Origin: a virus
Taxonomy: Duplodnaviria > Caudoviricetes
Virus record (IMG/VR): IMGVR_UViG_3300037195_001698
Location: 1 to 45,280 of that record
DNA length: 45,280 nucleotides
Strand: one strand, 5' to 3'
Made by a program: the position numbers and the translations under genes. Below the pieces are notes generated by a model. The model saw nothing but the letters and a program-made list of their open reading frames with translations. It had not been told where the DNA came from and ran no database searches. Shown piece by piece: positions 1 to 7,590 of the stretch. The stretch's first letter is position 1; every line of letters starts with the position of its first letter.

Positions 1-293
1 TGAAAATGAAGTGCGATGAGATGCCGCCTCAATGTCGTCTTTTGCTTTTCGATGGGGCTGTCAACCACGGCGTTGGATTGATGTCTTTGATTTTGCAGAG
101 GGCATTAGGGGTGACTGCTGACGGTGTGATCGGACCAGTGACGATTGGAGCTGCCAAGAATATATCAGCTGATCGATTGGCAATTCGGCTCGCGCAGGCC
201 CGGGCACAGATCTATCGTAAGAACAGAAACTTTTTTGTGTACGGTCGAGGCTGGCTCAACCGCCTGGTTGATGTCGTTTACAGGTCTCGCTAA
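1..293 (+). CDS. Endolysin GH108, 3' part with peptidoglycan-binding domain
   Basis: FDGAVNHG, LQRALGVTADGVIGPVT and GRGWLNR are typical GH108/PG_binding_3 motifs. Confidence 0.92.
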   Translation, partial: KMKCDEMPPQCRLLLFDGAVNHGVGLMSLILQRALGVTADGVIGPVTIGAAKNISADRLAIRLAQARAQIYRKNRNFFVYGRGWLNRLVDVVYRSR

Positions 294-655
294 AGCAAAT
301 TTTTAAAGCTAGTGTTCAAAGCCTTGGCAAGCTTTTGAGCTGAGATCTTTCCGATCGGCCGCTTTCCTCTTTCCATTTCAGAGATGTGACTTTGGTTGAC
401 CCCGGATTTTTCGGACAACTCGCTCTGACTCATCCCTTCACGAAGACGAAAGCCCTTTAAAGCCACCGCACTCTCAGAAGTCTCTTCGAGCTCATCCTTA
501 AGGACCTCACGCCAAGGAAGAGAATCATTGACCTCTTCATAGCCTTTGACAATCTTTAAGACCTGATCGGCCTTTGCTTTAGGGACACGAAACGATCGTC
601 CGTTGATCTCAATTTTTGCGCCCTTAGTAGGGCGCTTTTTCGCGGCTTCCGACAT
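290..655 (-). CDS. XRE-family HTH antitoxin (HigA-like)
   Basis: C-terminal HTH_3 (LKGFRLREGMSQSELSEKSGVNQSHISEMERGKRPIG); downstream of and overlapping a RelE-like gene. Confidence 0.85.
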   Translation of the reverse strand: MSEAAKKRPTKGAKIEINGRSFRVPKAKADQVLKIVKGYEEVNDSLPWREVLKDELEETSESAVALKGFRLREGMSQSELSEKSGVNQSHISEMERGKRPIGKISAQKLAKALNTSFKNLL

Positions 656-890
656 AATAAACCTCTATCTCAATTCCTTTTTTTGTTTCTCTCCAACATG
701 CGACCCAGCTGTATGATAGGTGGCAGTGGTAGTCGTCATTTTCTAGTGGGCTGTAGTTTGGCCACGCTGGCTGATAGGGGCCGCTATTTTCAAGATCTTT
801 GATTAGGGCCACAAGCTTGGCTTTCATTCCCTTTGGCAGGTTCTGAATCCCTTTTGTAGCCTTCTTTTTGATTACTACTGTCCACTTCAT
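624..890 (-). CDS. RelE/HigB-like type II toxin (mRNA interferase); likely start MKWTV at 890
   Basis: About 88 aa, basic; WPNYSPL..YHCHL and IEVYYVGSREKAPY; toxin-before-antitoxin order. Confidence 0.8.
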   Translation of the reverse strand: MKWTVVIKKKATKGIQNLPKGMKAKLVALIKDLENSGPYQPAWPNYSPLENDDYHCHLSYSWVACWRETKKGIEIEVYYVGSREKAPY

Positions 891-900
891 GATCTTATCA

Positions 901-951
901 TATCCCATAAATGGGATAAAGTAAATAATAAAATGGGATAAAAAGGGGATA
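901..951. promoter_or_regulatory. Probable toxin-antitoxin operator/promoter
   Basis: Palindrome TATCCCAT-AA-ATGGGATA at 901-918, plus half-sites ATGGGATA (933-940) and GGGGATA (945-951) just upstream of the toxin. Confidence 0.6.
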
Positions 952-970
952 TTCTCAAAGCGAGATATCG

Positions 971-1570
971 TTATTTTAGAGCTGAGGACGTTGGGTGATT
1001 TCTCCTAAATTTTTCTAGGTCGTCAGCAGCTTGTTTTGCAAGTTTTCGAAGTCCAGATCTCGGCATGGGGTATTTGGTCCCATCGACGTCGAAAGCATAA
1101 ACCTTCCTCCACGTCGAGATTTCATCCTTAATGGCTCGCAGAAAGTCCTCACTGTACACCTTGTCTCTAATCACGATATTTACGGCGTGACCGGGATCGA
1201 TTGGCTTGGCAGCGCCGTAGTCGGTGAGCAGGGCTCTGTGAACTTCATCGGACCCGAAGTATGAATGGGTCATCAGGTTCGGGTCTTTCCTAATTCTATT
1301 TTTGATTTGTGTCCACAGGGGGAGCTTGTATTCTGCGCCGACAGCCTGGATACATACTGCGCGCCGAGAAGTGTTCACTAGCCCAATCAGGTGCGCTAGC
1401 TCTGGACTGTTGGATTGCTGATCCAGCCTGTTGAGGCTCTTCAGTTCACCTCTGACGAACCAAAATTTTATAGACTTCTTGTCGCGAAAAATACTTACCA
1501 TCAAGGCAGTACCGCTGACAGCTAATGAAAACCCCGACAGCACTAGGGCTGCAATGTCTTTTAGATCCAT
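971..1570 (-). CDS. Membrane-anchored hypothetical protein (lysogenic conversion/moron)
   Basis: N-terminal hydrophobic helix IAALVLSGFSLAVSGTALMVSIF followed by RDKK; likely start MDLKD at 1570 (ORF open to 1609). Confidence 0.7.
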   Translation of the reverse strand: MDLKDIAALVLSGFSLAVSGTALMVSIFRDKKSIKFWFVRGELKSLNRLDQQSNSPELAHLIGLVNTSRRAVCIQAVGAEYKLPLWTQIKNRIRKDPNLMTHSYFGSDEVHRALLTDYGAAKPIDPGHAVNIVIRDKVYSEDFLRAIKDEISTWRKVYAFDVDGTKYPMPRSGLRKLAKQAADDLEKFRRNHPTSSALK

Positions 1571-1584
1571 GTCTGTTTTTACCC

Positions 1585-2145
1585 TTACTTGGCGTTCGAC
1601 TTCCACCACTTTTGATATTTTTCTGAATCTGAGCTCACGAGGACTTGGTTTGAACCATCTTTTGATTCGGCATTGTGGGCATATAAGAGGAACTCTTTAA
1701 CAGATGCAAACTTTGCTGGCTGAACAATTTTGTCATCTGCGCGTTGTTCGATCTTAGTTTGGTAGGCAGGCATCGTGAGAAGCTTTTCAAACCCACCGCT
1801 TGCGCAAGATTTGTTTTCAGCAATCGGCATGAGTCCGCTGTGGTCCCAGCCCCTAGCGCTATGAAGTCTTAGGTAGGTCCCGCGGGTCACGTCGAAATAG
1901 GCGAGTGTGCAGCCCTCGCGCTCATTGATTGTGCCCTCGCCAACCTTCATGTCCATCACACAAAGAACAGTGTTCTCGATCGTTCCTTGGTTTTTGAAAA
2001 AGTACGCGCCGACAGCTAAGTGACAGGCCTTCTTTGAACTCACGAATTTCTTCACGCGTTCTAGTTTAATCGGCGTTTGAGCGTTAGCTGTGGTCATCAG
2101 TGTGCTGGCGCAAACGAATGCGCCAATGAAAATCAGGTGTTTCAT
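1585..2145 (-). CDS. Secreted/periplasmic hypothetical protein
   Basis: GGGGGA Shine-Dalgarno before ATG 2145; signal peptide MKHLIFIGAFVCASTLMTTANA-Q with an A-N-A cleavage site; four Cys in the mature part. Confidence 0.75.
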   Translation of the reverse strand: MKHLIFIGAFVCASTLMTTANAQTPIKLERVKKFVSSKKACHLAVGAYFFKNQGTIENTVLCVMDMKVGEGTINEREGCTLAYFDVTRGTYLRLHSARGWDHSGLMPIAENKSCASGGFEKLLTMPAYQTKIEQRADDKIVQPAKFASVKEFLLYAHNAESKDGSNQVLVSSDSEKYQKWWKSNAK

Positions 2146-2192
2146 TTCATCCCCCTGGGGGAGTTTTCGGAATATACAGACATTGACTTTAG

Positions 2193-2825
2193 TTAAGACG
2201 CTAAGGTCGCGGCTCGACAAGCTTTTTCGGCATACTCTAAAATGTCCTGATAGTTGTCCCGAGCGGTGACAAGGTTTTCCAATACGAGTTCAAGCTCGGA
2301 CTCAGAAATCGAATCAACCAGTTCAAGTGCGCTTTCGATATGCTCTTGGTCCTCCTCTGAGTGCAGCTTTAAAAACGTCGTAGATTTTTCTCCATAATGT
2401 TTGACCTTATGGAGCAGTGTCGGGCCATGTTTACAGGCGAGGCCTTCTAAGAAAAGAATCCAGCCCATGAAGACCGCTGGACCGTGTACGTCTAAGATGT
2501 CGAATTGAAAACGATGAAACCGCCTTGCCTCATTGGATTCAACTCCTACCGAAAAGCCCATGTTTTTAAGGTCATTTTCTGCAAGCTTTTCGTGATTTGT
2601 TTCTTCGGCAACGTGAGCGATAAAGCGCTTGTGAAAATTCTCTTGATCTAATCTCGCTCTGCCAGCGGCAATAGACAGCAAACGGGTCGAGTGCTTTACA
2701 AAATGATAGGTTTGCGACAACCATCCTGCATACATTTCGGGGCGATCCCAGGGTCTGTTTAAAAACACTGGTTCAAATTCATCGATGATCTTTTCAAACT
2801 CGTTTCTAAATTCTTTTTTTGTCAT
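2193..2825 (-). CDS. Heme-oxygenase-like diiron oxidase (HDO; iron-containing redox enzyme, CADD/PqqC/UndA fold)
   Basis: Helical 210 aa with ligand pattern H71-x2-E74E75-x2-H78, E127 (FLEG) and H155-x3-D159-x2-H162. Confidence 0.85.
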   Translation of the reverse strand: MTKKEFRNEFEKIIDEFEPVFLNRPWDRPEMYAGWLSQTYHFVKHSTRLLSIAAGRARLDQENFHKRFIAHVAEETNHEKLAENDLKNMGFSVGVESNEARRFHRFQFDILDVHGPAVFMGWILFLEGLACKHGPTLLHKVKHYGEKSTTFLKLHSEEDQEHIESALELVDSISESELELVLENLVTARDNYQDILEYAEKACRAATLAS

Positions 2826-3502
2826 GCCGCAACCCCCATTCGTTCGCTTCGTTTTGTAAAATCAATTCGTGTGTTCCAGATCTCATCAGAAAGTCTCATG
2901 CTCGGCAGGTCATTGTATCTGGTAAGCTCGCTTGCAACGGCGTAGGTCAAATCAACGCTGACGCCGTATTTGTCTTTCTGCGATCCGGCTTTTTTAAATC
3001 CAATTTCTTCGACGAGATCTGTGGTTTTGGTCACGCGCCGTGGGTGTCCAAAAACCCCGTCCAAATCAAGCGAGCGCATGAGCTTGACCGAGCAATCCAT
3101 GATTGTCTTGTATAGGTGAGCATCGATCATTCTTGGTGAAAACTCTCGAGCAACCGATGTGTACTCAAGAGAAAGAACTTGGCGTAATCCTTCTGACTTC
3201 ATTTGCGCAAGCGGTTCACCTTGCCAGCATTCAAAAAATGGGTGATCAGGAATGATCAGCCGGTCTAGATCGTAGTGAGTTGCCATCGACTGTGCAGCAA
3301 TAACACCGTCATTTTCGATCTGGATCACATAATCTTGGCGAAAAAATCCCATTGCCGAGTATTGAGGCGGTCGATTAGGTCGATTGAATATCCGTTCCCA
3401 GGTGTTTTTAAAATAGGAATAGCCGCGGTCATGGGTTTGCTGGTGCTCGTCCCATGGATAAATCCGGCCAGGATAGATTGAGAGGCTGAAGTTACGTTCC
3501 AT
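2822..3502 (-). CDS. Putative GNAT-fold acyltransferase (LuxI/FeeM N-acyl amino acid synthase-like)
   Basis: GNAT-like order of elements: YVIQIENDGVIAAQ strands, VLSLEYTSVAREF central strand, IMDCSVKLMRSLDLDGVFG helix-strand, LVEEIGFKK; ATGA coupling to the HDO gene. Fold judged by eye. Confidence 0.55.
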   Translation of the reverse strand: MERNFSLSIYPGRIYPWDEHQQTHDRGYSYFKNTWERIFNRPNRPPQYSAMGFFRQDYVIQIENDGVIAAQSMATHYDLDRLIIPDHPFFECWQGEPLAQMKSEGLRQVLSLEYTSVAREFSPRMIDAHLYKTIMDCSVKLMRSLDLDGVFGHPRRVTKTTDLVEEIGFKKAGSQKDKYGVSVDLTYAVASELTRYNDLPSMRLSDEIWNTRIDFTKRSERMGVAA

Positions 3503-3636
3503 TTAAGCCCTTTCGTTAAGATATCTGATGCTAAAGTCACCAGCTTTATAGTTTTTAAGACCACAAGTCCTAAAATCGAGGAGATAACTTTACTGACTGT
3601 TCGGAACGGTGCTATGAATCTTTAGAGGTAATTAAG

Positions 3637-4056
3637 ATGCCAAGACTTCCGAACCCTAATCATTACGATCATTTTGGGATTTATCTAAGAGACGTTCGCC
3701 AGGCACTTAGGGACGATAGAGATCGTCGCCAACAAGCCGAGGCCCCTGGCTTTACGGCCAAAGGCGTGTTCACCCAGCGGGATGTTATCCGGCGGCTAAA
3801 CTATCTTGACGACCTGGGACAGCCTTCAGCGTCGATGGCTCAGTACCTTTCGAACATAGAGCGGGGGGTGGAGTGGCCATCGGTTGACTTCGCAACCGAA
3901 TTGGCTCAGTTGTATCGGATACACCCAAAAGTTGTTTATAAGTTTTTTATGAAAAAGAGATCGGTCGAATTGAGGGGGAGCATCGGCCTAACAGATGAGG
4001 ATATCGATGCCAGCTCTGAGGATCTGCAAATCAAATCGCCGAAACCCAATAGATGA
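3637..4056 (+). CDS. XRE-family HTH transcriptional regulator
   Basis: FGIYLRDVR...FTQRDV...AQYLSNIERGVEWPS..LAQLY; GAGGT Shine-Dalgarno; divergent from the acyltransferase/HDO operon. Confidence 0.8.
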   Translation: MPRLPNPNHYDHFGIYLRDVRQALRDDRDRRQQAEAPGFTAKGVFTQRDVIRRLNYLDDLGQPSASMAQYLSNIERGVEWPSVDFATELAQLYRIHPKVVYKFFMKKRSVELRGSIGLTDEDIDASSEDLQIKSPKPNR

Positions 4057-4687
4057 ATTTTTCATCGTTACAGCTTTGCTCGCACAGACTCTAAAATCCA
4101 AAGGGGTTCCACTGGAATCGGACCCCTATCTAATCTATGACGAATTTAAAGAGGCCGACCCGGGTCGCCAGCGGGACTTCTTAGATAAGTGTCGCTTCTA
4201 TATCCGAGCATCTGAAAAAGCGATCGAGCAAGAGATTGAGCTTTTGCACGATAAGCAATTCATTTGGAATACAGTCAAGGACATGGGCCTAGTTTTGCCG
4301 AGCGATGTGTTTGAGTTGATAACCGACCACGACGAGGTGGAGATTTACGACTCTCGTGGAATCCAGGTGTTTGCAAACTTCGAGTTTTTCCGGAAAGTTT
4401 CCTATACCCCAGAAGAAATGTACTGGAAAAGTTGGGCTGAGCTATTTGAACGAGACCAAAAACACTTCGACCAACTTATGCAAAATTTTGTCTATTCGAT
4501 CACCGAGGCGACCGGTCCGTTTAAGCCGTCGATCGATAAGCATTTGGCTTGGGAAATAGGTTCACGGCGGATGAAAAAAAACTTGGTTGAGTTCAAAATG
4601 TTCGCACCGATCCGCTCAAAGCTCACAAATGAAAAGTACATGATCGCATCAAGCCGAATGGACCTTGTTTCTGAACAGCCTGTTTAG
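3995..4687 (+). CDS. PAS-domain protein (stand-alone sensor, no output domain)
   Basis: DEVEIYDSRGIQVFANFEFFRKVSYTPEEMYWKSWAELF matches the PAS consensus (i.D..G.i...N..f.....y..eE); start 3995 or 4007 (GAGGA Shine-Dalgarno). Confidence 0.7.
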   Translation: MRISMPALRICKSNRRNPIDEFFIVTALLAQTLKSKGVPLESDPYLIYDEFKEADPGRQRDFLDKCRFYIRASEKAIEQEIELLHDKQFIWNTVKDMGLVLPSDVFELITDHDEVEIYDSRGIQVFANFEFFRKVSYTPEEMYWKSWAELFERDQKHFDQLMQNFVYSITEATGPFKPSIDKHLAWEIGSRRMKKNLVEFKMFAPIRSKLTNEKYMIASSRMDLVSEQPV

Positions 4688-4792
4688 TTCTTAAAGGTCC
4701 GCACTTTGTAGACCTTTTTCAAAATCAAAGAACAAAGGAGATCTCTTTATAGCTTTTTCGTTACAGTTCAGACAGTTTCTGTCAGGACTTTT

Positions 4793-5143
4793 ATGGGCGA
4801 AAAAGATTATCTTCTAGAACTTATCGAGGCTTACGATGCGCTAGCTATTCCGAGAGGGTATGCCCCGGCTGGAAGCTATGAGCGTATTCGAACAATGCCT
4901 GAACATAGGCTCAAGGGATTTTGCCTTTCCTTGGAGTATTACATTGAGTCTATGGGGGGAACGCCGCCAAGAGAAAAGGCTTTGCGGCCTGAATCCGCGC
5001 CAGTGCTGTCAATTTCTGAGCAGCTGGTTTTAACAGAAGAGCAGGTCGATAACCTGTTGGAACAAGTCAAAGCAACCTTTAAGGGGTTGCGCGACAGTGA
5101 ATCATCCAGCCATGTCTTTTTTGAACTCGGATATAACAAATGA
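4793..5143 (+). CDS. Hypothetical protein; apparent internally deleted paralog of the PAS protein
   Basis: AGGA Shine-Dalgarno; three collinear segments resemble 3995..4687. Confidence 0.6.
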   Translation: MGEKDYLLELIEAYDALAIPRGYAPAGSYERIRTMPEHRLKGFCLSLEYYIESMGGTPPREKALRPESAPVLSISEQLVLTEEQVDNLLEQVKATFKGLRDSESSSHVFFELGYNK

Positions 5144-5539
5144 GAGCCGATCTTCGGGTACTTTTAGAACGGCCAGCGCGAAAGCGATCGCAGCTTGGGT
5201 TCCGACATCTTCCCACTTCGCTTTATAATTGTCGCGTTCAGCCTGGAGCTTCTCGATTTCGCCCTTTAGGGCAGCGTTCTCGTTTACAAGTTTTGCCATT
5301 GCATCAACGGTCGGACTCGGCTCATTCGAGGATTCTAAAAAATACGACTCATCTATTTTCAGGACTTCGAGAAGATTCTTATAGTGCTCAGGCGACGGTC
5401 GGTACTTGCCGGATTCCCAGCGGCCAACCTGCGATGTAGCAACTCCGAGTAATTCGGCTAGCGCAGCCTGGGTCTTTATTCCCAGTTCGAGGCGGCGACT
5501 CTTAATTTTTTGCCCAATAGCTTGATTATAAACCTTCAA
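5102..5539 (-). CDS. CI-like immunity repressor (XRE HTH plus coiled coil, no S24 peptidase)
   Basis: IGQKIKSRRLELGIKTQAALAELLGVATSQVGRWESGKYRP; divergent from the cro-like gene; TTG start at 5539 with AAGGA Shine-Dalgarno (ORF open to 5617). Confidence 0.8.
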   Translation of the reverse strand: MKVYNQAIGQKIKSRRLELGIKTQAALAELLGVATSQVGRWESGKYRPSPEHYKNLLEVLKIDESYFLESSNEPSPTVDAMAKLVNENAALKGEIEKLQAERDNYKAKWEDVGTQAAIAFALAVLKVPEDRLSFVISEFKKDMAG

Positions 5540-5609
5540 TGATTTCAATCCTTTATGACAGTATACGCCTAAAGACCCGCTTTTAAATGCCTCTATCCTG
5601 CAAAAAGTA

Positions 5610-5648
5610 TTGGACAATGTGCATGATAGTGTTATTATAAGTGCATGA
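5610..5648 (+). promoter_or_regulatory. Rightward early (PR-like) sigma70 promoter with candidate operator repeats
   Basis: TTGGAC (5610-5615)-17 bp-TATTAT (5633-5638); GTGCATGA repeated at 5619 and 5641. Confidence 0.6.
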
Positions 5649-5884
5649 AGCAGCTAAGATGGAATAATGAAGCGATTAAAACATGGGCGGATCAATATGG
5701 TACGGAGTCGGCCACAGATATGATCAAGGCCAAACTCAAGTGTTCCCGCCATACGGCATACGCGCTTGCTAGGGGGGCCTATCGAAGTAACCCGGACCCA
5801 CTAAAGCAGGTGGCGATGTCAGAGCTTACGGGGATTTCTCAAGAGGATCTGATGGTTCCAGACCCTGACGAGAAGGCCTCGTAA
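5645..5884 (+). CDS. Cro-like small DNA-binding protein
   Basis: 79 aa, first gene divergent from the repressor; HTH-like IKAKLKCSRHTAYALARG. Confidence 0.6.
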   Translation: MKQLRWNNEAIKTWADQYGTESATDMIKAKLKCSRHTAYALARGAYRSNPDPLKQVAMSELTGISQEDLMVPDPDEKAS

Positions 5885-5998
5885 GCTAGATTGTCCATCA
5901 CAATGTTAATTATTTAATGCCTGAAATACAGGCAAATGGATTCGTGCGAAAAAAATCAATGGCGTTGTCAAAAAGTTGGCCGCTGTTTGGAGGGAAAA

Positions 5999-6781
5999 AT
6001 GTCGGAAGCGAAATTATACCAGGAAGAAACTGTGCCCGAGTATCACCAGAGTGGACTCGGAATGTATTTGAAGTGCCAGCTTCAATTTTATTTCAGATAT
6101 CTGCAAGGAATTGTGATCCCGCCATCGGCTGCGCTCACGCTTGGGAAGTCGGTCGATGAAGGTGTGACCCATAACTTAATCCAAAAGACAGAGTCACGGC
6201 AGGACCTACCTTTGGGTGACGTGTTAGATGCGTACTCGTCGAAGTTTGACGCTGAAACTCCGGGAACTGATTGGAAAGGTGAGGGGGCTGGAAAAACCAA
6301 GGATGTCGGAATTGCCTTAATCAAACTGCATCACACTAAGGTAGCTCCAAATATACAGCCTGTGACTGTTCAGGAAGAGTTCAATATTGAAACCGATGAG
6401 GGGTATTCGATTGGTGGAACATTCGATCTGACAGATGAAAATGGATTCATTCGAGATACGAAAACGTCAAAGACAAAATACTCAGACGACGCCGTTGAGA
6501 CTTCTATTCAAGCTGCGGTCTATGACTTTGCTCACGAGGTTAAGAAAGGCCAAAAGGCGAAAGGGTTTGTCTTCGACGTGCTCAAGAAAACGAAGGTTCC
6601 AGACTATCAAGAAGTTGTCGGCCAGGTATCCCGGCATCAGCAAGACATGGTTCTTGGCGCCTTCACAGATATGCACAAGAACATCCAGACGGGTCGATTC
6701 ATGCCTGCGCCAGAAGGTGCATGGTGGTGTTCTAAAAGTTGGTGTGGCTACTGGTCACAGTGCAAAGGAAAAAAGTCATGA
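5999..6781 (+). CDS. PD-(D/E)xK exonuclease, RecB/Cas4-like with Fe-S cysteines
   Basis: YLKCQ, GTFDL, IRDTKTS, QAAVY and WWCSKSWCGYWSQC; GGAGG Shine-Dalgarno before ATG 5999. Confidence 0.85.
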   Translation: MSEAKLYQEETVPEYHQSGLGMYLKCQLQFYFRYLQGIVIPPSAALTLGKSVDEGVTHNLIQKTESRQDLPLGDVLDAYSSKFDAETPGTDWKGEGAGKTKDVGIALIKLHHTKVAPNIQPVTVQEEFNIETDEGYSIGGTFDLTDENGFIRDTKTSKTKYSDDAVETSIQAAVYDFAHEVKKGQKAKGFVFDVLKKTKVPDYQEVVGQVSRHQQDMVLGAFTDMHKNIQTGRFMPAPEGAWWCSKSWCGYWSQCKGKKS

Positions 6782-7590
6782 GTAATACTGCAAAAAAGAA
6801 CGAAATTGTGGTGGTTCCTGATACGTCGTCACTTCCACTAGATAGTCAGGCTGTTGAATCACTAAAGAATCGACGAGCACTATTGAAAGAATTTGTAAGT
6901 TCTCAGCTTGTTAAGGGATCCGATTACGGAACTATTCCAGGGGTGCCAAAGCCGCTCTTGCTGAAGCCTGGTGCTGAAAAACTTGGGATGCTCTTTAACT
7001 TGAGGTCTGAGACGTCGTGCATTCAAAGAGACTTTGATCTTCATTCGAACTTTTGCATGTACACATACAAGACTCAGCTTTTCCATATCCCTACTGGGAA
7101 CCTGATTGCTGAGCTAGAAGGTTCATGCAACTCGCAAGAAAAGAAATACAGAACACGCAGCATCTACGAGTGGGTTTTTGATCAGCGGGAAAACAAACGA
7201 AAGAAAAAACTTGTTCGAGAAGAGCCGACACAGATTGCTGACATCAGCAATACGCTTATGAAGATGGCACAAAAAAGAGCTTTCGTTGGGGCGATGATTA
7301 TTGCTACGGGTGCGTCCGATTTCTTTACTCATGATTTAGATGACCGGCAAGACTCTTGGGGGGATGAAATGGCTTCTAAGGGGGCAACCAGGTCGAAGCG
7401 ACCAGGCGTCAAAAATGTTTCATCTCAGGTGCAAAATCCTCACGAAGAGCGAGATGTTTCGAAACCATCTTGTAAGGTGTGCGGATCAAACCTGATTCAA
7501 TCGAAATTTGAAGATGCCCTCTACTGCCCGAATTATAAAGATCGGTCGAACGGTGAGCACACGAAAATTCCAGCAGGAGGCAAGTCATGA
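6778..7590 (+). CDS. Putative single-strand annealing protein (Rad52/ERF-like recombinase) with C-terminal Zn ribbon
   Basis: DYGTIPGVPKPLLLKPGAEK and NTLMKMAQKRAFVGA...SDFFTHD; CKVC...YCP..H; lies between the exonuclease and SSB. Confidence 0.65.
   Translation: MSNTAKKNEIVVVPDTSSLPLDSQAVESLKNRRALLKEFVSSQLVKGSDYGTIPGVPKPLLLKPGAEKLGMLFNLRSETSCIQRDFDLHSNFCMYTYKTQLFHIPTGNLIAELEGSCNSQEKKYRTRSIYEWVFDQRENKRKKKLVREEPTQIADISNTLMKMAQKRAFVGAMIIATGASDFFTHDLDDRQDSWGDEMASKGATRSKRPGVKNVSSQVQNPHEERDVSKPSCKVCGSNLIQSKFEDALYCPNYKDRSNGEHTKIPAGGKS

Noticed and set aside
3995-4056. Frameshift fusion of XRE and PAS into one VqmA/LuxR-like receptor
   Set aside because: The 62-nt overlap would need a +1 shift, no convincing slippery site is visible, and the PAS ORF has its own Shine-Dalgarno and ATG (3995 or 4007); fused homologs elsewhere would reopen this
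5999-6781. Cas4 as evidence of a CRISPR system
   Set aside because: It lies in an exonuclease-annealing protein-SSB recombination module; no cas1/cas2 or array
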